This document shows, one piece after another, positions 45,800-55,457 of a DNA stretch of 64,000 nucleotides. Origin of the DNA: Candidatus Bathyarchaeota archaeon (lineage in GTDB: Archaea > Thermoproteota > Bathyarchaeia > 40CM-2-53-6); assembly GCA_005884195.1 (NCBI GenBank), contig VBBP01000044.1:27151-91150 (forward strand). The letters run 5' to 3'. Both the position numbers and the translations under genes were made by a program. How positions within the stretch are numbered: position 1 is the stretch's first letter; every line of letters begins with the position of its first letter. The notes under the pieces were generated by a model. It was given only the letters and a program-made list of their open reading frames with translations. It was not told the DNA's origin and searched no databases.

Positions 45800-46003
45800 A
45801 TGGGCATTGGGAACTTCCTTCAATCGGCGAGACGTCTATTTCACGTAGCCCAGAAGCCAGACTGGCAAGAAACAAAACTCAACATCAAAATAATCCTAAT
45901 AGGAGTAGCCATAGTCGGAGGCATAGGGTTCGTCCTCAGAATCCTCTTCTGGGTAGTCGGACTATACCAGCTGCCCGCTAGCCAAGTTACTCCGACACGT
46001 TAG
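45800..46003 (+). CDS. secE: protein translocase subunit SecE (Sec61 gamma)
   Basis: 67 aa, single C-terminal TM, immediately upstream of Spt5/NusG as in the conserved secE-nusG-rpl11 cluster. Confidence 0.7.
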   Translation: MGIGNFLQSARRLFHVAQKPDWQETKLNIKIILIGVAIVGGIGFVLRILFWVVGLYQLPASQVTPTR

Positions 46004-46014
46004 AGAGAAAGATC

Positions 46015-46512
46015 TTGGCAACCCAGACCCAGAAGACCTCGATATACGCAGTCCGCACAACGAGCGGCCAAGAGAGAACTGTGGTCGATCTCATGGCCAG
46101 CAGAATCCAACCGAAGAAGCTTCCCATCGTAGCTATTCTCGCGCCAGAGGTCATCAAAGGATACATTTTCGTCGAGGCAATGGGACCACACTTCGTTGAC
46201 GAAGCGATAGCCGGGACGAGACACGCAAGAACCAGAACAAAGGGTGTCGTCTCGCTTGCGGCGATAGAACGATTCATAGTAACGAGACCCGTAATCGAGG
46301 AATTGAGCGTTGGAAATCTCGTCGAGGTTGTCGGTGGACCCTTTAGAGGTTTGAAAGCAAAGATCACACACGTCGACAAGGTCAAGCAGGAAGTGGTCAT
46401 CGAGCTTCTCGAAGAAGGATTCGCAACGCTTCCAATAACAGTGCACGCGGACTACGTCAAGCTCGTGAGCAGAGGAGAGGCAGAGGAAGCTGGCCGACAA
46501 GAAAACAGTTGA
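46015..46512 (+). CDS. spt5: transcription elongation factor Spt5 (NusG homologue)
   Basis: 165 aa. NGN domain (IYAVRTTSGQER...KGYIFVE) plus KOW motif (GNLVEVVGGPFRGLKAKI). Confidence 0.85.
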   Translation: MATQTQKTSIYAVRTTSGQERTVVDLMASRIQPKKLPIVAILAPEVIKGYIFVEAMGPHFVDEAIAGTRHARTRTKGVVSLAAIERFIVTRPVIEELSVGNLVEVVGGPFRGLKAKITHVDKVKQEVVIELLEEGFATLPITVHADYVKLVSRGEAEEAGRQENS

Positions 46513-46546
46513 CGCGATAATAGACGGCGGCAAAGCCACAGCAGGT

Positions 46547-46981
46547 GTGCCCCTTGGTCCTCAGCTAGGACCACTAGGAGTAAACATCCTGCAGATCGTC
46601 AACAGGATCAACGAGCTCACAAAAGCTTACGCGGGAATGAAGGTCCCCGTAAAGATTCTCGTTAACGTCGAAGACAAGAGCTTCGAAGTCGAGATCGGTA
46701 CGCCAACCACCTCTGCCTTGATAGTCAAGGAACTAGGTATCGAAAAAGGATCAGCAACACCCAAAGCCACCAAAGTCGGCAACCTGTCCCCTGAACAGAT
46801 TGTGAAAATAGCCCAGATGAAACGGACGGACAGCTATTCACGGACCCTAAAGTCGGCTGTGAAAGAAGTCGCAGGCGCATGCGTAAGCATGGGCGTCACA
46901 GTAGACGCCAAAGAACCGAAAGAGTTCATCAAGAACCTCGACGCAGGCCAGTATGACGCAGCGCTAAAGGAATTACAATAG
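46547..46981 (+). CDS. rpl11: 50S ribosomal protein L11 (annotated from the first canonical start; conserved N-terminus extends upstream to about 46499)
   Basis: PLGPQLGPLGVNI...TP..SALIVKELG... is L11. The in-frame upstream codons KKTVDAIIDGGKATAG (46499-46546) carry the conserved L11 N-terminal GGKATAG motif but no ATG/GTG/TTG occurs between the stop at 46466 and 46547. Confidence 0.85.
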   Translation: MPLGPQLGPLGVNILQIVNRINELTKAYAGMKVPVKILVNVEDKSFEVEIGTPTTSALIVKELGIEKGSATPKATKVGNLSPEQIVKIAQMKRTDSYSRTLKSAVKEVAGACVSMGVTVDAKEPKEFIKNLDAGQYDAALKELQ

Positions 46982-46993
46982 GAGAACGCTAAG

Positions 46994-47656
46994 ATGCCCC
47001 TGTCTAAGGATTCAATCACAAAGGCACTTGCTGACGTGAGGAGCAAGACGGAGAAGAGGAAATTCACTCAGGCAATCGAACTATCAGTCAAGCTTCGCGA
47101 GTTAGACCTGAAGAAGCCTGAGGCAAGAATCAACGAGAACCTCGAACTCCCAACAGCTGCAGACAAGGACTCGAAAGTGGCAGTGATAGCTGGCGGCGAC
47201 CTTGCTGTTAGAGCCAAGAACGCAGGAGCCGATATTATCATCGGGCGCGAGGATCTCGACAAGCTAGGTCGAGCGAAAAAAGAAGCTCGGAAGATCGCCC
47301 AGAACTACGACTTCTTCGTTGCAGAAGCTCCACTGATGCCGCAGGTCGGGAAGTCCCTTGGGCAGATTCTCGGACCCAGAGGCAAGATGCCGACACCTAT
47401 TCCTCCGACCGCGCCGATTGACGATATCATCAAGCGCCAGCGCCGCAATGTCCGGCTCAAGATGAAGGATCAGCCAGTGATTCAGGTCAAGGTAGGGACA
47501 GAAGACATGTCAGACGATGTTCTAGTACAGAACATCCAGACAGTCATCTCAAGATTAGAGGCCAAGCTGGAGAAAGGTCCTAAGAACATTAAAGGCGTCT
47601 CAATCAAAGCCTCAATGGGACCGCTAGTAAAGATACCGCTGGCAACGGCGACATAA
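46994..47656 (+). CDS. rpl1: 50S ribosomal protein L1
   Basis: 220 aa. KRKFTQAIELSVKL, FFVAEAPLMPQVGKSLGQILGPRGKMP motifs. Confidence 0.9.
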   Translation: MPLSKDSITKALADVRSKTEKRKFTQAIELSVKLRELDLKKPEARINENLELPTAADKDSKVAVIAGGDLAVRAKNAGADIIIGREDLDKLGRAKKEARKIAQNYDFFVAEAPLMPQVGKSLGQILGPRGKMPTPIPPTAPIDDIIKRQRRNVRLKMKDQPVIQVKVGTEDMSDDVLVQNIQTVISRLEAKLEKGPKNIKGVSIKASMGPLVKIPLATAT

Positions 47657-47660
47657 GACA

Positions 47661-48536
47661 ATGTCAACGACCCGCAAGGTAGCAGCATGGAAGAAGGAAG
47701 CAATAGCCCAACTGCAGGTTCTCTTGGAGAAGTATCCAGTCATAGCAGCCGCCGACCTGACCAAGGTCCGATCATCCCAGATCCACGAACTCCGTAAACG
47801 TCTACGGGACAAGGTCGCCATGGTGGTGACCAAGAACAATCTACTACGGAAGTCAGTCGAACTATCAGAATCCAGCCATGGGAGGGTCGGGGAGTTCGTC
47901 AAAGACCTCCAAGGCTCGAACATCTTACTGTTCACCGATGTCAATCCTTACTCTTTGATCATACTGCTCGAAAAGAGCAAGGTCAGAGTACCCGCGAAAG
48001 CTGGAGACATCGCAACAGGCGAGATCATGGTCCCGGCCGGAAACACCGGACTTCCCCCAGGCCCAGTTATTAGCGAATTTGGAGAAATCAAGGTCCAAAC
48101 GAGAATCGAGGGAGGAAGCATCTGGGTCGCAAGAGACTCGGTTGTCGCTAGAAGAGGAGACCTAATCACACCCAAAATGGCCTCCGTTCTTTCCAAACTT
48201 GGGCTCAAGCCAATGGAGGCCGGGCTCACGCTAGCTACCGCGTACGATAATGGAACCATACTCAGAGCCGACGATCTAGTCCTCGACATCAGCGCCTATC
48301 GAAAAGACGTTTTCCAAGCCATTAGCAACGCGTTCGGCCTCTCAATCGATGCGGGCTATGTGACTCCTGAGAACGCCCCGAGAATTCTAGGAAAGGGAAT
48401 GAGAGAAGCTCTAGCGATTGCCGTTGAAGCAGGTTTCCTTGAAAGTGGCACGATAGAGCCTGTCCTCAGACGCGCCGTCATGAACGCGAACGTGCTGAAA
48501 CAGAAGATTCCTACCGCAATACCCGGAAACCCTTAA
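47661..48536 (+). CDS. rpl10: 50S ribosomal protein L10 (P0)
   Basis: 291 aa. N-terminal KVAAWKKEAIAQLQVLLEKYPVIAAADLTKVRSSQIHELRKRLRD is the P0/L10 signature. Confidence 0.9.
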   Translation: MSTTRKVAAWKKEAIAQLQVLLEKYPVIAAADLTKVRSSQIHELRKRLRDKVAMVVTKNNLLRKSVELSESSHGRVGEFVKDLQGSNILLFTDVNPYSLIILLEKSKVRVPAKAGDIATGEIMVPAGNTGLPPGPVISEFGEIKVQTRIEGGSIWVARDSVVARRGDLITPKMASVLSKLGLKPMEAGLTLATAYDNGTILRADDLVLDISAYRKDVFQAISNAFGLSIDAGYVTPENAPRILGKGMREALAIAVEAGFLESGTIEPVLRRAVMNANVLKQKIPTAIPGNP

Positions 48537-48597
48537 GTGCAAGAATTGACGCTCGACTAAAATCCAAACAAATCCTGAGCAAAGAGGAAAAAGCCCA

Positions 48598-48900
48598 ATG
48601 AAGTATGTTTACGCCGCACTACTGCTGCACTCATCAGCGCAGCCTGTAACAGAAGAGAACGTGAAGAAAGTCGTAACCGCAGCAGGCAGCCAAGTCGAAG
48701 AGGCTCAAGTTAAGGCCTTGGTAGCGGCATTGTCTGAAGTCAACATTGACGAAGCCCTAAAGTCAGCCAGCGTAATGGCGGCACCCGTCGCAGCGCCCGC
48801 GGCACCAACAGAGTCGAAGAAGGAAGACAAGAAACCGGCTGAGGAAGAGAAGAAGAAGGAAGAAGAAGCCCTAGCCGGACTCGGGGCACTATTCGGTTAG
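48598..48900 (+). CDS. rpl12: 50S ribosomal protein L12 (P1 stalk protein)
   Basis: 100 aa. [11 protein letters not shown]..., Ala-rich hinge, and C-terminal [19 protein letters not shown] are typical of the archaeal P1/L12 acidic stalk protein. Confidence 0.85.
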   Translation: MKYVYAALLLHSSAQPVTEENVKKVVTAAGSQVEEAQVKALVAALSEVNIDEALKSASVMAAPVAAPAAPTESKKEDKKPAEEEKKKEEEALAGLGALFG

Positions 48901-49024
48901 AGGAAGAGCAAGGAGGTTCGCGGTATAGCTTCGCACAGTCTTCTCCTCGAATCGACAATCGTCTAGAACGCTAGGTCACTCAAAGCCTCTATATTTCCCG
49001 AGTAATCGTGGAGGGACACGATAG

Positions 49025-51817
49025 ATGCCAGAGATTAATCCGGAAGAATTTGCCCTCCCGTACTTCCGAGAAATCGGCTTCATTCGAAGAAAATGTCCAT
49101 CCTGCAAAAGTAACTACTGGGCGGCTCCCGATCAAACTACTTGCGGTGAAGTCCCGTGCGCACCGTATTCTTTCATCGGAAACCCCCCCACAAAACAGAG
49201 CTACAGCCTGGCAGAGATGCGCATTCAATTCATGGACTATTTCGCCGAACGAGGGCATACCCGAATCAAACCATATCCGATCGTGGCCCGCTGGCGTAAC
49301 GACGTATACCTCGTCGGCGCATCAATCTACGACTTCCAACCATACGTAACAGAAGGGAGCATGCCCCCTCCAGCAAACCCGCTGGTCATCAGCCAGCCCT
49401 GCATCCGCTTCACAGACATCGAATCGGTTGGCGCTGCAGGCCGACACATGTCCATCTTTGAAATGGGCGGAGCACACGCATTCAATTACCCGAACAAGGA
49501 AATCTACTGGAAAGACCAGACGGTAAGCTACCACCACAAATTGCTAACAGACGTGATGGGTGTCCCGTCTGAATCGATCACATACAAAGAGCACTTCTGG
49601 TCAGGAGGAGGAAATGCGGGCCCCGATTTGGAAGGAATCGTCTCTGGACTGGAAATATCGACACTTGTCTTCATGCAGTACAAGGTCCAAGGCGAAGAAC
49701 TCATGGCACTACCGATCAGGACAGTGGACACAGGCTATGGGATGGAAAGGTGGGCCTGGCTGTCCCAAGGCTCCCCAAGCGGATTCCACGCAGTATACGG
49801 CCCACTGCTCACCCATGTAATGGAACTAGCAAAGGTCGACCTCGACGAGAACACACTATCCTCCCTGACGAGGGCAGCCGGAATCTATGGAGCCGGCAGT
49901 CGAGCGGCAAGAGAAGCGTACATCGAAGCGACAGCATTGGAGACTGGTCGCGACAAAAACGCCTTCCGCTCCATCGTCCAGACCATAGAAGCCGCGTTCA
50001 CAATCACTGACCACACGAAGGCGATTTCCTTCCTACTAGCCGAAGGCGTCGTCCCTTCCAACGTAGGTGAAGGCTACCTAACCCGACTCATCATCCGCCG
50101 AGCAGCAAGGTTCGCCCGACAACTAGGAATCCTTCAGGAACTCCCCGGCATAATCGAGGGACAGATCAAAATGTGGGGCGGAGAATTCCACCTCCTCCGA
50201 GAGATGAGAGGAGAGATACTGGAAGGCCTCCAGATCGAGGTAGAGAAATACGAGGAGACGATCAGCAAGGGATCAGAAGCAGTCCTCAGACTCTCAAAGG
50301 AACTCTCGAGTCAAGGCGTTCGAAAGATCCCGACAGATCAGCTCGTTCTGCTCTACGATTCTCAAGGCCTCGCTCCCGAGATCGTGCAAGAAAGCGCGGA
50401 GAAGGTCGGAGTAGAGGTCGAGATTCCCGAGAACTTCTTGACGCTAGTCGCAGAACGACACTCGAAGCCGACCACCAGTCTCGAGGGACCCTCCTCCGAG
50501 CCTGAATGGGAAGCGCAGCTGAAGGATCTTCCAGCGACCCGTGCGTTATACTACGACGATGCCTACCAGACGAGTTTCCGGGCGAAGATAGTCGCGAGAG
50601 TCGCGGAAAACGCGGTCGTGTTGGACCAGACCTGTTTCTATCCTGAGGGAGGTGGACAGCTTAGCGACCACGGCGAGTTGCGATTTGCTGACCGGAAGGT
50701 GAAGGTCACGAACGTCCAGAAGGCCGGAAACACGATCGTTCATTTTCTTGACCAGCCCATCAGTCAGGAAAACGATCTGGTTGAAGGAGAGATCGACTGG
50801 CAGCGCCGCGTGAACCTGATGCGCCACCATACCGGCACTCACGCCCTGATCGGCGCTGCGCGCAGGGTCCTAGGCGAACACGTCTGGCAAGCTGGCGCGC
50901 AAAAAGAGGTGGAGAGCAGCAGGCTAGACATCACGCACTACCGAGAGATTACTCCGAAGGAAAGGGAACGGATTGAACGCCTAGTCAACCAAGTAATCCT
51001 ACGAGACCTACCAGTACAAGTGGCATGGATGGCTCGCGAGAAGGCAGAGGCAAAGTACGGATTCAGACTCTATCAGGGCGGCGCAGTCCCGGGATCCAAG
51101 ATCCGAGTGGTCAGAATCCAGGGCTGGGACGCTGAAGCTTGCGGAGGAACACACTGCAAGAGAACTGGAGAGCTAGGAGTGTTCAAGATCGAGAAAGCTG
51201 GCAAGCTCCAAGATGGCGTGGAGAGGATTATCTTCTCAGCAGGAGAGCCCGCGCTGAGACGGATTAATCAACAGAGCGAAGCACTTGCAAAAGCGAGCGA
51301 GCTCCTGAAGACAAGCCCTGAGAAGCTTCCAGAGTCTATCAAGGCGATCGTGGCTGAAAGAGACTCTCTAGAGAGAGAACTCGAAAAGGTTCATGCTAGG
51401 ACTACCGAGTCCCACGTGAAACAGCTCGCGAAGAAGGCAATCGCTCTCGGAACAGTCAGAGTCGTACTATCCAAGACGGCCAAGAGAAAAGGTATCGACA
51501 TTGTTGAGGTTGCAAATCGGCTCAAGGAATCAGACCCCAACATCATCGCGGTAATATTCGAAGTGTCAGAGCGGGTCCAAGTGGTTGCCGCAGCGGGCGA
51601 CGAAGCCGTCAAAGCAGGCGTTGACGCAGGCCGAATCGTCTCAGAGGCCTCCAAAATCCTAGGCGGAGGCGGAGGCGGTAGGCCATTCTTTGCTACCGGC
51701 GGCGGATCCTCTAAAGACAAAGCAGACGAAGCGCTGAAGATCGCAGAACAAACTATTACAAAACAGCTCAACACGGTGGTCCCAGCGGAGGGAATTAGCA
51801 ACGCCAGTCAAGCTTGA
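49025..51817 (+). CDS. alaS: alanine--tRNA ligase (archaeal type)
   Basis: 930 aa. The N-terminal catalytic core (FREIGFIRRKCPSC... with class-II motifs), the editing domain HxxxH...CGGTH (HHTGTHAL...CGGTHC), and the C-terminal DHHA1-like domain ending GGGGGRPFFATGGG. Confidence 0.95.
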   Translation: MPEINPEEFALPYFREIGFIRRKCPSCKSNYWAAPDQTTCGEVPCAPYSFIGNPPTKQSYSLAEMRIQFMDYFAERGHTRIKPYPIVARWRNDVYLVGASIYDFQPYVTEGSMPPPANPLVISQPCIRFTDIESVGAAGRHMSIFEMGGAHAFNYPNKEIYWKDQTVSYHHKLLTDVMGVPSESITYKEHFWSGGGNAGPDLEGIVSGLEISTLVFMQYKVQGEELMALPIRTVDTGYGMERWAWLSQGSPSGFHAVYGPLLTHVMELAKVDLDENTLSSLTRAAGIYGAGSRAAREAYIEATALETGRDKNAFRSIVQTIEAAFTITDHTKAISFLLAEGVVPSNVGEGYLTRLIIRRAARFARQLGILQELPGIIEGQIKMWGGEFHLLREMRGEILEGLQIEVEKYEETISKGSEAVLRLSKELSSQGVRKIPTDQLVLLYDSQGLAPEIVQESAEKVGVEVEIPENFLTLVAERHSKPTTSLEGPSSEPEWEAQLKDLPATRALYYDDAYQTSFRAKIVARVAENAVVLDQTCFYPEGGGQLSDHGELRFADRKVKVTNVQKAGNTIVHFLDQPISQENDLVEGEIDWQRRVNLMRHHTGTHALIGAARRVLGEHVWQAGAQKEVESSRLDITHYREITPKERERIERLVNQVILRDLPVQVAWMAREKAEAKYGFRLYQGGAVPGSKIRVVRIQGWDAEACGGTHCKRTGELGVFKIEKAGKLQDGVERIIFSAGEPALRRINQQSEALAKASELLKTSPEKLPESIKAIVAERDSLERELEKVHARTTESHVKQLAKKAIALGTVRVVLSKTAKRKGIDIVEVANRLKESDPNIIAVIFEVSERVQVVAAAGDEAVKAGVDAGRIVSEASKILGGGGGGRPFFATGGGSSKDKADEALKIAEQTITKQLNTVVPAEGISNASQA

Positions 51818-54725
51818 CTGGCACGCCCTCGAGAGAAAGTGGCAGAAGAAGTGGAACTGGCGCAAGATCTACGATACGGACCCGGACCCTCGCAAACCCA
51901 AGTACTATGCGACAGCCGCCTATCCTTACCCTAACTCTCCCCAGCACATAGGCCACGCAAGAACATACACCATCGCCGACGTCAACGCCCGATATCACCG
52001 GATGAAAGGCTACAACACCCTCTTCCCAATGGGCTTTCACTACACAGGCACCCCACTGTTCGCCATGAGCAAACGCCTGCGAGAAGGCGACCCCGAGATC
52101 CTCAAGACCTTCACAAAGGTCTACGGCATTCCGCCTGAAACGTTGGAGAAGCTGAAGGACCCGAAGTCGATGGCCTCCTACTTCCGCGAGGATATTAAGA
52201 AAGGAATGATCGAGATCGGGTTCTCGATCGACTGGCGACGAGAGTTCACGACTATCGACCCTCTGTACAATCGCTTCATCGAATGGCACTTCCAGACATT
52301 GAACCGGAAGGGGCTGATCACTAAGGGTACGCATCCTGTCGCCTGGTGCCCCAACGACAAGAGCCCAGTAGGGGTCGTAGACACTCAGGGTGATGTGGAG
52401 CCTGACATCGGAGAGTCCTACCTTGTCAAGTTCCAGAAAGAGGGCGTGTCCTATCCAACCTCGACTCTGAGGCCGGAGACGATCTTTGGAGTTACCAATC
52501 TCTGGGTCAATCCTGACGCCACCTACGTTAGAGCCAGGGTGGACGGCGAGCTTTGGATCGTCAGCAAGGAAGCGGTCGAGAAACTTCAGCACCAAAACCA
52601 CAAAGTCACAATGGAAGGTGAAATACCGGAAAGCGAGTTGCTGTGGAAGACCGTCCAGAACCCAGTCACCAACAGCGAAATTCCAATCCTACCCGGAAGC
52701 TTCGTGGAGCCCGACAACGGAACGGGCGTCGTCATGTCTGTTCCAGGACACGCTCCCTACGACTATCAAGCCCTAGCCGATCTCAAACAAAGGTATACGG
52801 ATTTAGCGGGGCCACAACAGGTCCTGCAGGACACCACGCCGATATCGATCATCCGGCTAGAAGGCTTCTCCGATCTCCCGGCCGCAGACTTGATCGAGAA
52901 ATTCAAAGTCAAAGACCAGAACGACCCACATCTAGAACACGCAACACAGGAACTGTACTCGAAAGAATTCCACGACGGCATAATGAAAGAAAACACAGGC
53001 AGTTACTCAGGAATGCCCGTCGCCAAAGCTAGAGAGGCCATCGTTCGAGAACTCACTAGTCAGGGAAAAATTGAGACCTTACTCGAACTGAGAAACGCGC
53101 CCGTAATCTGCCGCTGCGGAACCAAGTGCTTAGTCCACATCCTGGAGAACCAGTGGTTCATCAATTATGGGGATCCAGAATGGAAGAAGCTCGCACACAA
53201 ATGCCTAGATCAGATGACTATCCTGCCGGAAGATTTACGAGGAGAATTCAATTACACGATAGACTGGTTGAGAGAGAGGGCCTGCGCACGCGCTGTGGGT
53301 CTAGGGACGAAGCTTCCATGGGACCAGAACTGGATTATCGAAGCCCTTTCGGATTCGGTCATCTACATGGCCTACTACTTACTGTCCAAGTACTTCACCA
53401 AAGACTGGGTAGTCTTCAAGAAATTCGAAAGAGACACGTCGAGGCTACCGGACGCTTTCTTCAACTTCACGCTACTCGGAGACGGAACCATTGATACGGT
53501 TGCGGAGCAGACCAAGATTCCAAAGAGAATCCTGAACGCCATCCGAGCGGAGTTTCAATACTTCTACCCTGTCGACATGCGCCACTCTGCCCGAGACCTC
53601 GTCTCCAACCACCTATCCTTCTACATCTTCCACCACACAAGCTTATTTCCCGAGAAACAGTGGCCAAAAGGAATCGTGGCCAACGGGTTCGTGCTGATGG
53701 AAGGCGCGAAGATGTCAAAATCCCTCGAGAACATCATACCGCTACGCCAAGGAATTGCCAAGTTCGGAGCCGATCCCGTCCGGGTAGGAGTGATGGCGAC
53801 AGCTGAACTGGGTCAGGACACTGATTTCAGCGAAATGCTTGCCCTGTCGATTCATGAAAGACTATCCGCACTGATAGGACAGGCTAGAAAACTGGGCACG
53901 AAGAAAACAGCTGGGAAACCGAAACTCTCCACACTGGATCGGTGGATGATCAGCCGTCTGAGCAACGCGGTCCAGAGCGCCACAAATGCACTGGACCGGC
54001 TGAGAGTCAGGGAAGCCATCAACATCATAGTCTATCAACTCGACAACGACATCGCATGGTACAAGCGAAGACTGGGGCCCAAAAAACCTAGGTCCGACAA
54101 TCGCGACCGAGTCCTACGAAGAGTTCTGGAGACTAGGACAAGAATGATGGCTCCACTCGCACCCCATACGGCGGAAGAGATCTGGAGCCGCATTGGAAAC
54201 AAGGGATTCGTAGTTCAAGCCGATTGGCCTGAAGAAAGCGAGAATGAGAAAGACGCCGTAGCAGAACGGGCAGAGGCACTCATTCGACAGGCGTTAGAAG
54301 ATACCGGTGAGATCTTGAAAGCCACAGGCATCACCCCGAAGCGAATTGCCTACTACACTGCATCAGACTGGAAATGGGAAGTCTATCTCAAAGCATTGAA
54401 GGCGGCCAAGGAGAAGATGAGACAGGGCGATTTCATCAAGGACGTCATGGGAGATCCCCGGTTACGATCTCTAGGCAAGGCTGCTGCTGATTATGCTGCT
54501 AAGGCGATTCAACAGGCAAACCAGATGCCGGACGAGATGAAACAGTCACGTTTGCGAGACGGGGTTACAGCCGAGAACACTATCTTCGCTGACTCAGTCG
54601 ACTTCTATCAACGAGAATTCAAATGCACTGTCGATCTTTGGAATGAAGGAGATCCAAGCATAAACGACCCCAAGGGACGGGCTAGAATGTCTGAACCGTA
54701 CCGGCCAGCAATCTATCTAGAATAA
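51813..54725 (+). CDS. leuS: leucine--tRNA ligase (archaeal type). The start is unresolved: the conserved N-terminus lies upstream of the first ATG at 52002.
   Basis: The frame open from 51738 encodes ...LDWHALERKWQKKWNWRKIYDTDP...AAYPYPNSPQHIGHARTY (HIGH motif) before the first ATG (52002). There is no in-frame ATG/GTG/TTG between the stop at 51735 and 52002. The KMSKS motif (AKMSKSLEN) and the archaeal-type CP1 editing domain are present. 51813 is a nominal start where the conserved region begins. Confidence 0.9.
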   Translation, partial: LDWHALERKWQKKWNWRKIYDTDPDPRKPKYYATAAYPYPNSPQHIGHARTYTIADVNARYHRMKGYNTLFPMGFHYTGTPLFAMSKRLREGDPEILKTFTKVYGIPPETLEKLKDPKSMASYFREDIKKGMIEIGFSIDWRREFTTIDPLYNRFIEWHFQTLNRKGLITKGTHPVAWCPNDKSPVGVVDTQGDVEPDIGESYLVKFQKEGVSYPTSTLRPETIFGVTNLWVNPDATYVRARVDGELWIVSKEAVEKLQHQNHKVTMEGEIPESELLWKTVQNPVTNSEIPILPGSFVEPDNGTGVVMSVPGHAPYDYQALADLKQRYTDLAGPQQVLQDTTPISIIRLEGFSDLPAADLIEKFKVKDQNDPHLEHATQELYSKEFHDGIMKENTGSYSGMPVAKAREAIVRELTSQGKIETLLELRNAPVICRCGTKCLVHILENQWFINYGDPEWKKLAHKCLDQMTILPEDLRGEFNYTIDWLRERACARAVGLGTKLPWDQNWIIEALSDSVIYMAYYLLSKYFTKDWVVFKKFERDTSRLPDAFFNFTLLGDGTIDTVAEQTKIPKRILNAIRAEFQYFYPVDMRHSARDLVSNHLSFYIFHHTSLFPEKQWPKGIVANGFVLMEGAKMSKSLENIIPLRQGIAKFGADPVRVGVMATAELGQDTDFSEMLALSIHERLSALIGQARKLGTKKTAGKPKLSTLDRWMISRLSNAVQSATNALDRLRVREAINIIVYQLDNDIAWYKRRLGPKKPRSDNRDRVLRRVLETRTRMMAPLAPHTAEEIWSRIGNKGFVVQADWPEESENEKDAVAERAEALIRQALEDTGEILKATGITPKRIAYYTASDWKWEVYLKALKAAKEKMRQGDFIKDVMGDPRLRSLGKAAADYAAKAIQQANQMPDEMKQSRLRDGVTAENTIFADSVDFYQREFKCTVDLWNEGDPSINDPKGRARMSEPYRPAIYLE

Positions 54726-54731
54726 TCTGTA

Positions 54732-55025
54732 CTAAAGGACCCTGACTGCGACGTGGCAGGATGGGCAGAACTGGTAGATGGTGAAAATGTCAGAGGCTGC
54801 TTCTTTTCCCTCCTCGATATTATGGACCATTATTGCCACCATCTCTTCCATGCAAGGAGAATGGTGTGAGTCTTCCATCGGTGTAACTTCCACCTTCGCA
54901 CCCTCAGGCATGTTCTTCTCTAAAACCACTACCAAGTCTTCCGACCTCTTCAATGGAAACTCGTCGAATGGCATGTGGGGGAAACCGTTGAGTAGCTGAG
55001 GGCTTTTCTTAGCCGTCTTTTTCAA
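54732..55025 (-). CDS. hypothetical protein (Cys/His-containing)
   Basis: 97-aa ORF. C-terminal CPSCH. Confidence 0.35.
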   Translation of the reverse strand: MKKTAKKSPQLLNGFPHMPFDEFPLKRSEDLVVVLEKNMPEGAKVEVTPMEDSHHSPCMEEMVAIMVHNIEEGKEAASDIFTIYQFCPSCHVAVRVL

Positions 55026-55174
55026 TCCATATCCCGGAATTCTGTGTCTTCTATAGGTATTCGAATTGTAGCCTGCGAAAGACCCGGTTTAAGCCTTGAG
55101 TTACTCTCACGGAAGAGAACCGGTCTAATCGAAACCGAAACACGAGAAAATGAGCTTACGAATTAGTATTCCGG

Positions 55175-55378
55175 TCAAAATCGACGCTTGAACTTGCGAA
55201 TTGGGTGTGATTTCTCGATGGAAAACCAGTCTCCTCCGCAACCATTGGGGCAGGCCTTCTCGTCAAGCTGCAGCATTTCTCCCTCAGAATAGTTGAGCTG
55301 TCTTCTCCTCTCCTCGAACGTCCGCTCAAACATAACCGCGCATTTCACGCAACGAAGCTCCAAGACCACTCGAACCAC
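55175..55378 (-). CDS. small zinc-finger protein
   Basis: 67 aa. CVKC...CPNGC. Confidence 0.35.
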   Translation of the reverse strand: MVRVVLELRCVKCAVMFERTFEERRRQLNYSEGEMLQLDEKACPNGCGGDWFSIEKSHPIRKFKRRF

Positions 55379-55457
55379 CGCGGGGACCTTTCTTCTCCAG
55401 AGCCAAAGTCAAGGGTAATTAAACCAGAAAGCCTCCCAACAGTAAAGCGACGACCCA

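Noticed and set aside
51795-52601. 268-aa minus-strand ORF inside leuS (and similar long antisense ORFs 61756-62523 inside pncB, 1382-1861 inside the permease, 12944-13583 inside the heme-oxygenase-like gene, 8525-8887 inside DUF885, 22552-22827 and 3373-3765 antisense to surface proteins)
   Set aside because: Each is antisense to a gene with strong family signatures. Their translations are low-complexity (R/S/G/L-rich). Such antisense frames are expected by chance in GC-rich coding DNA.
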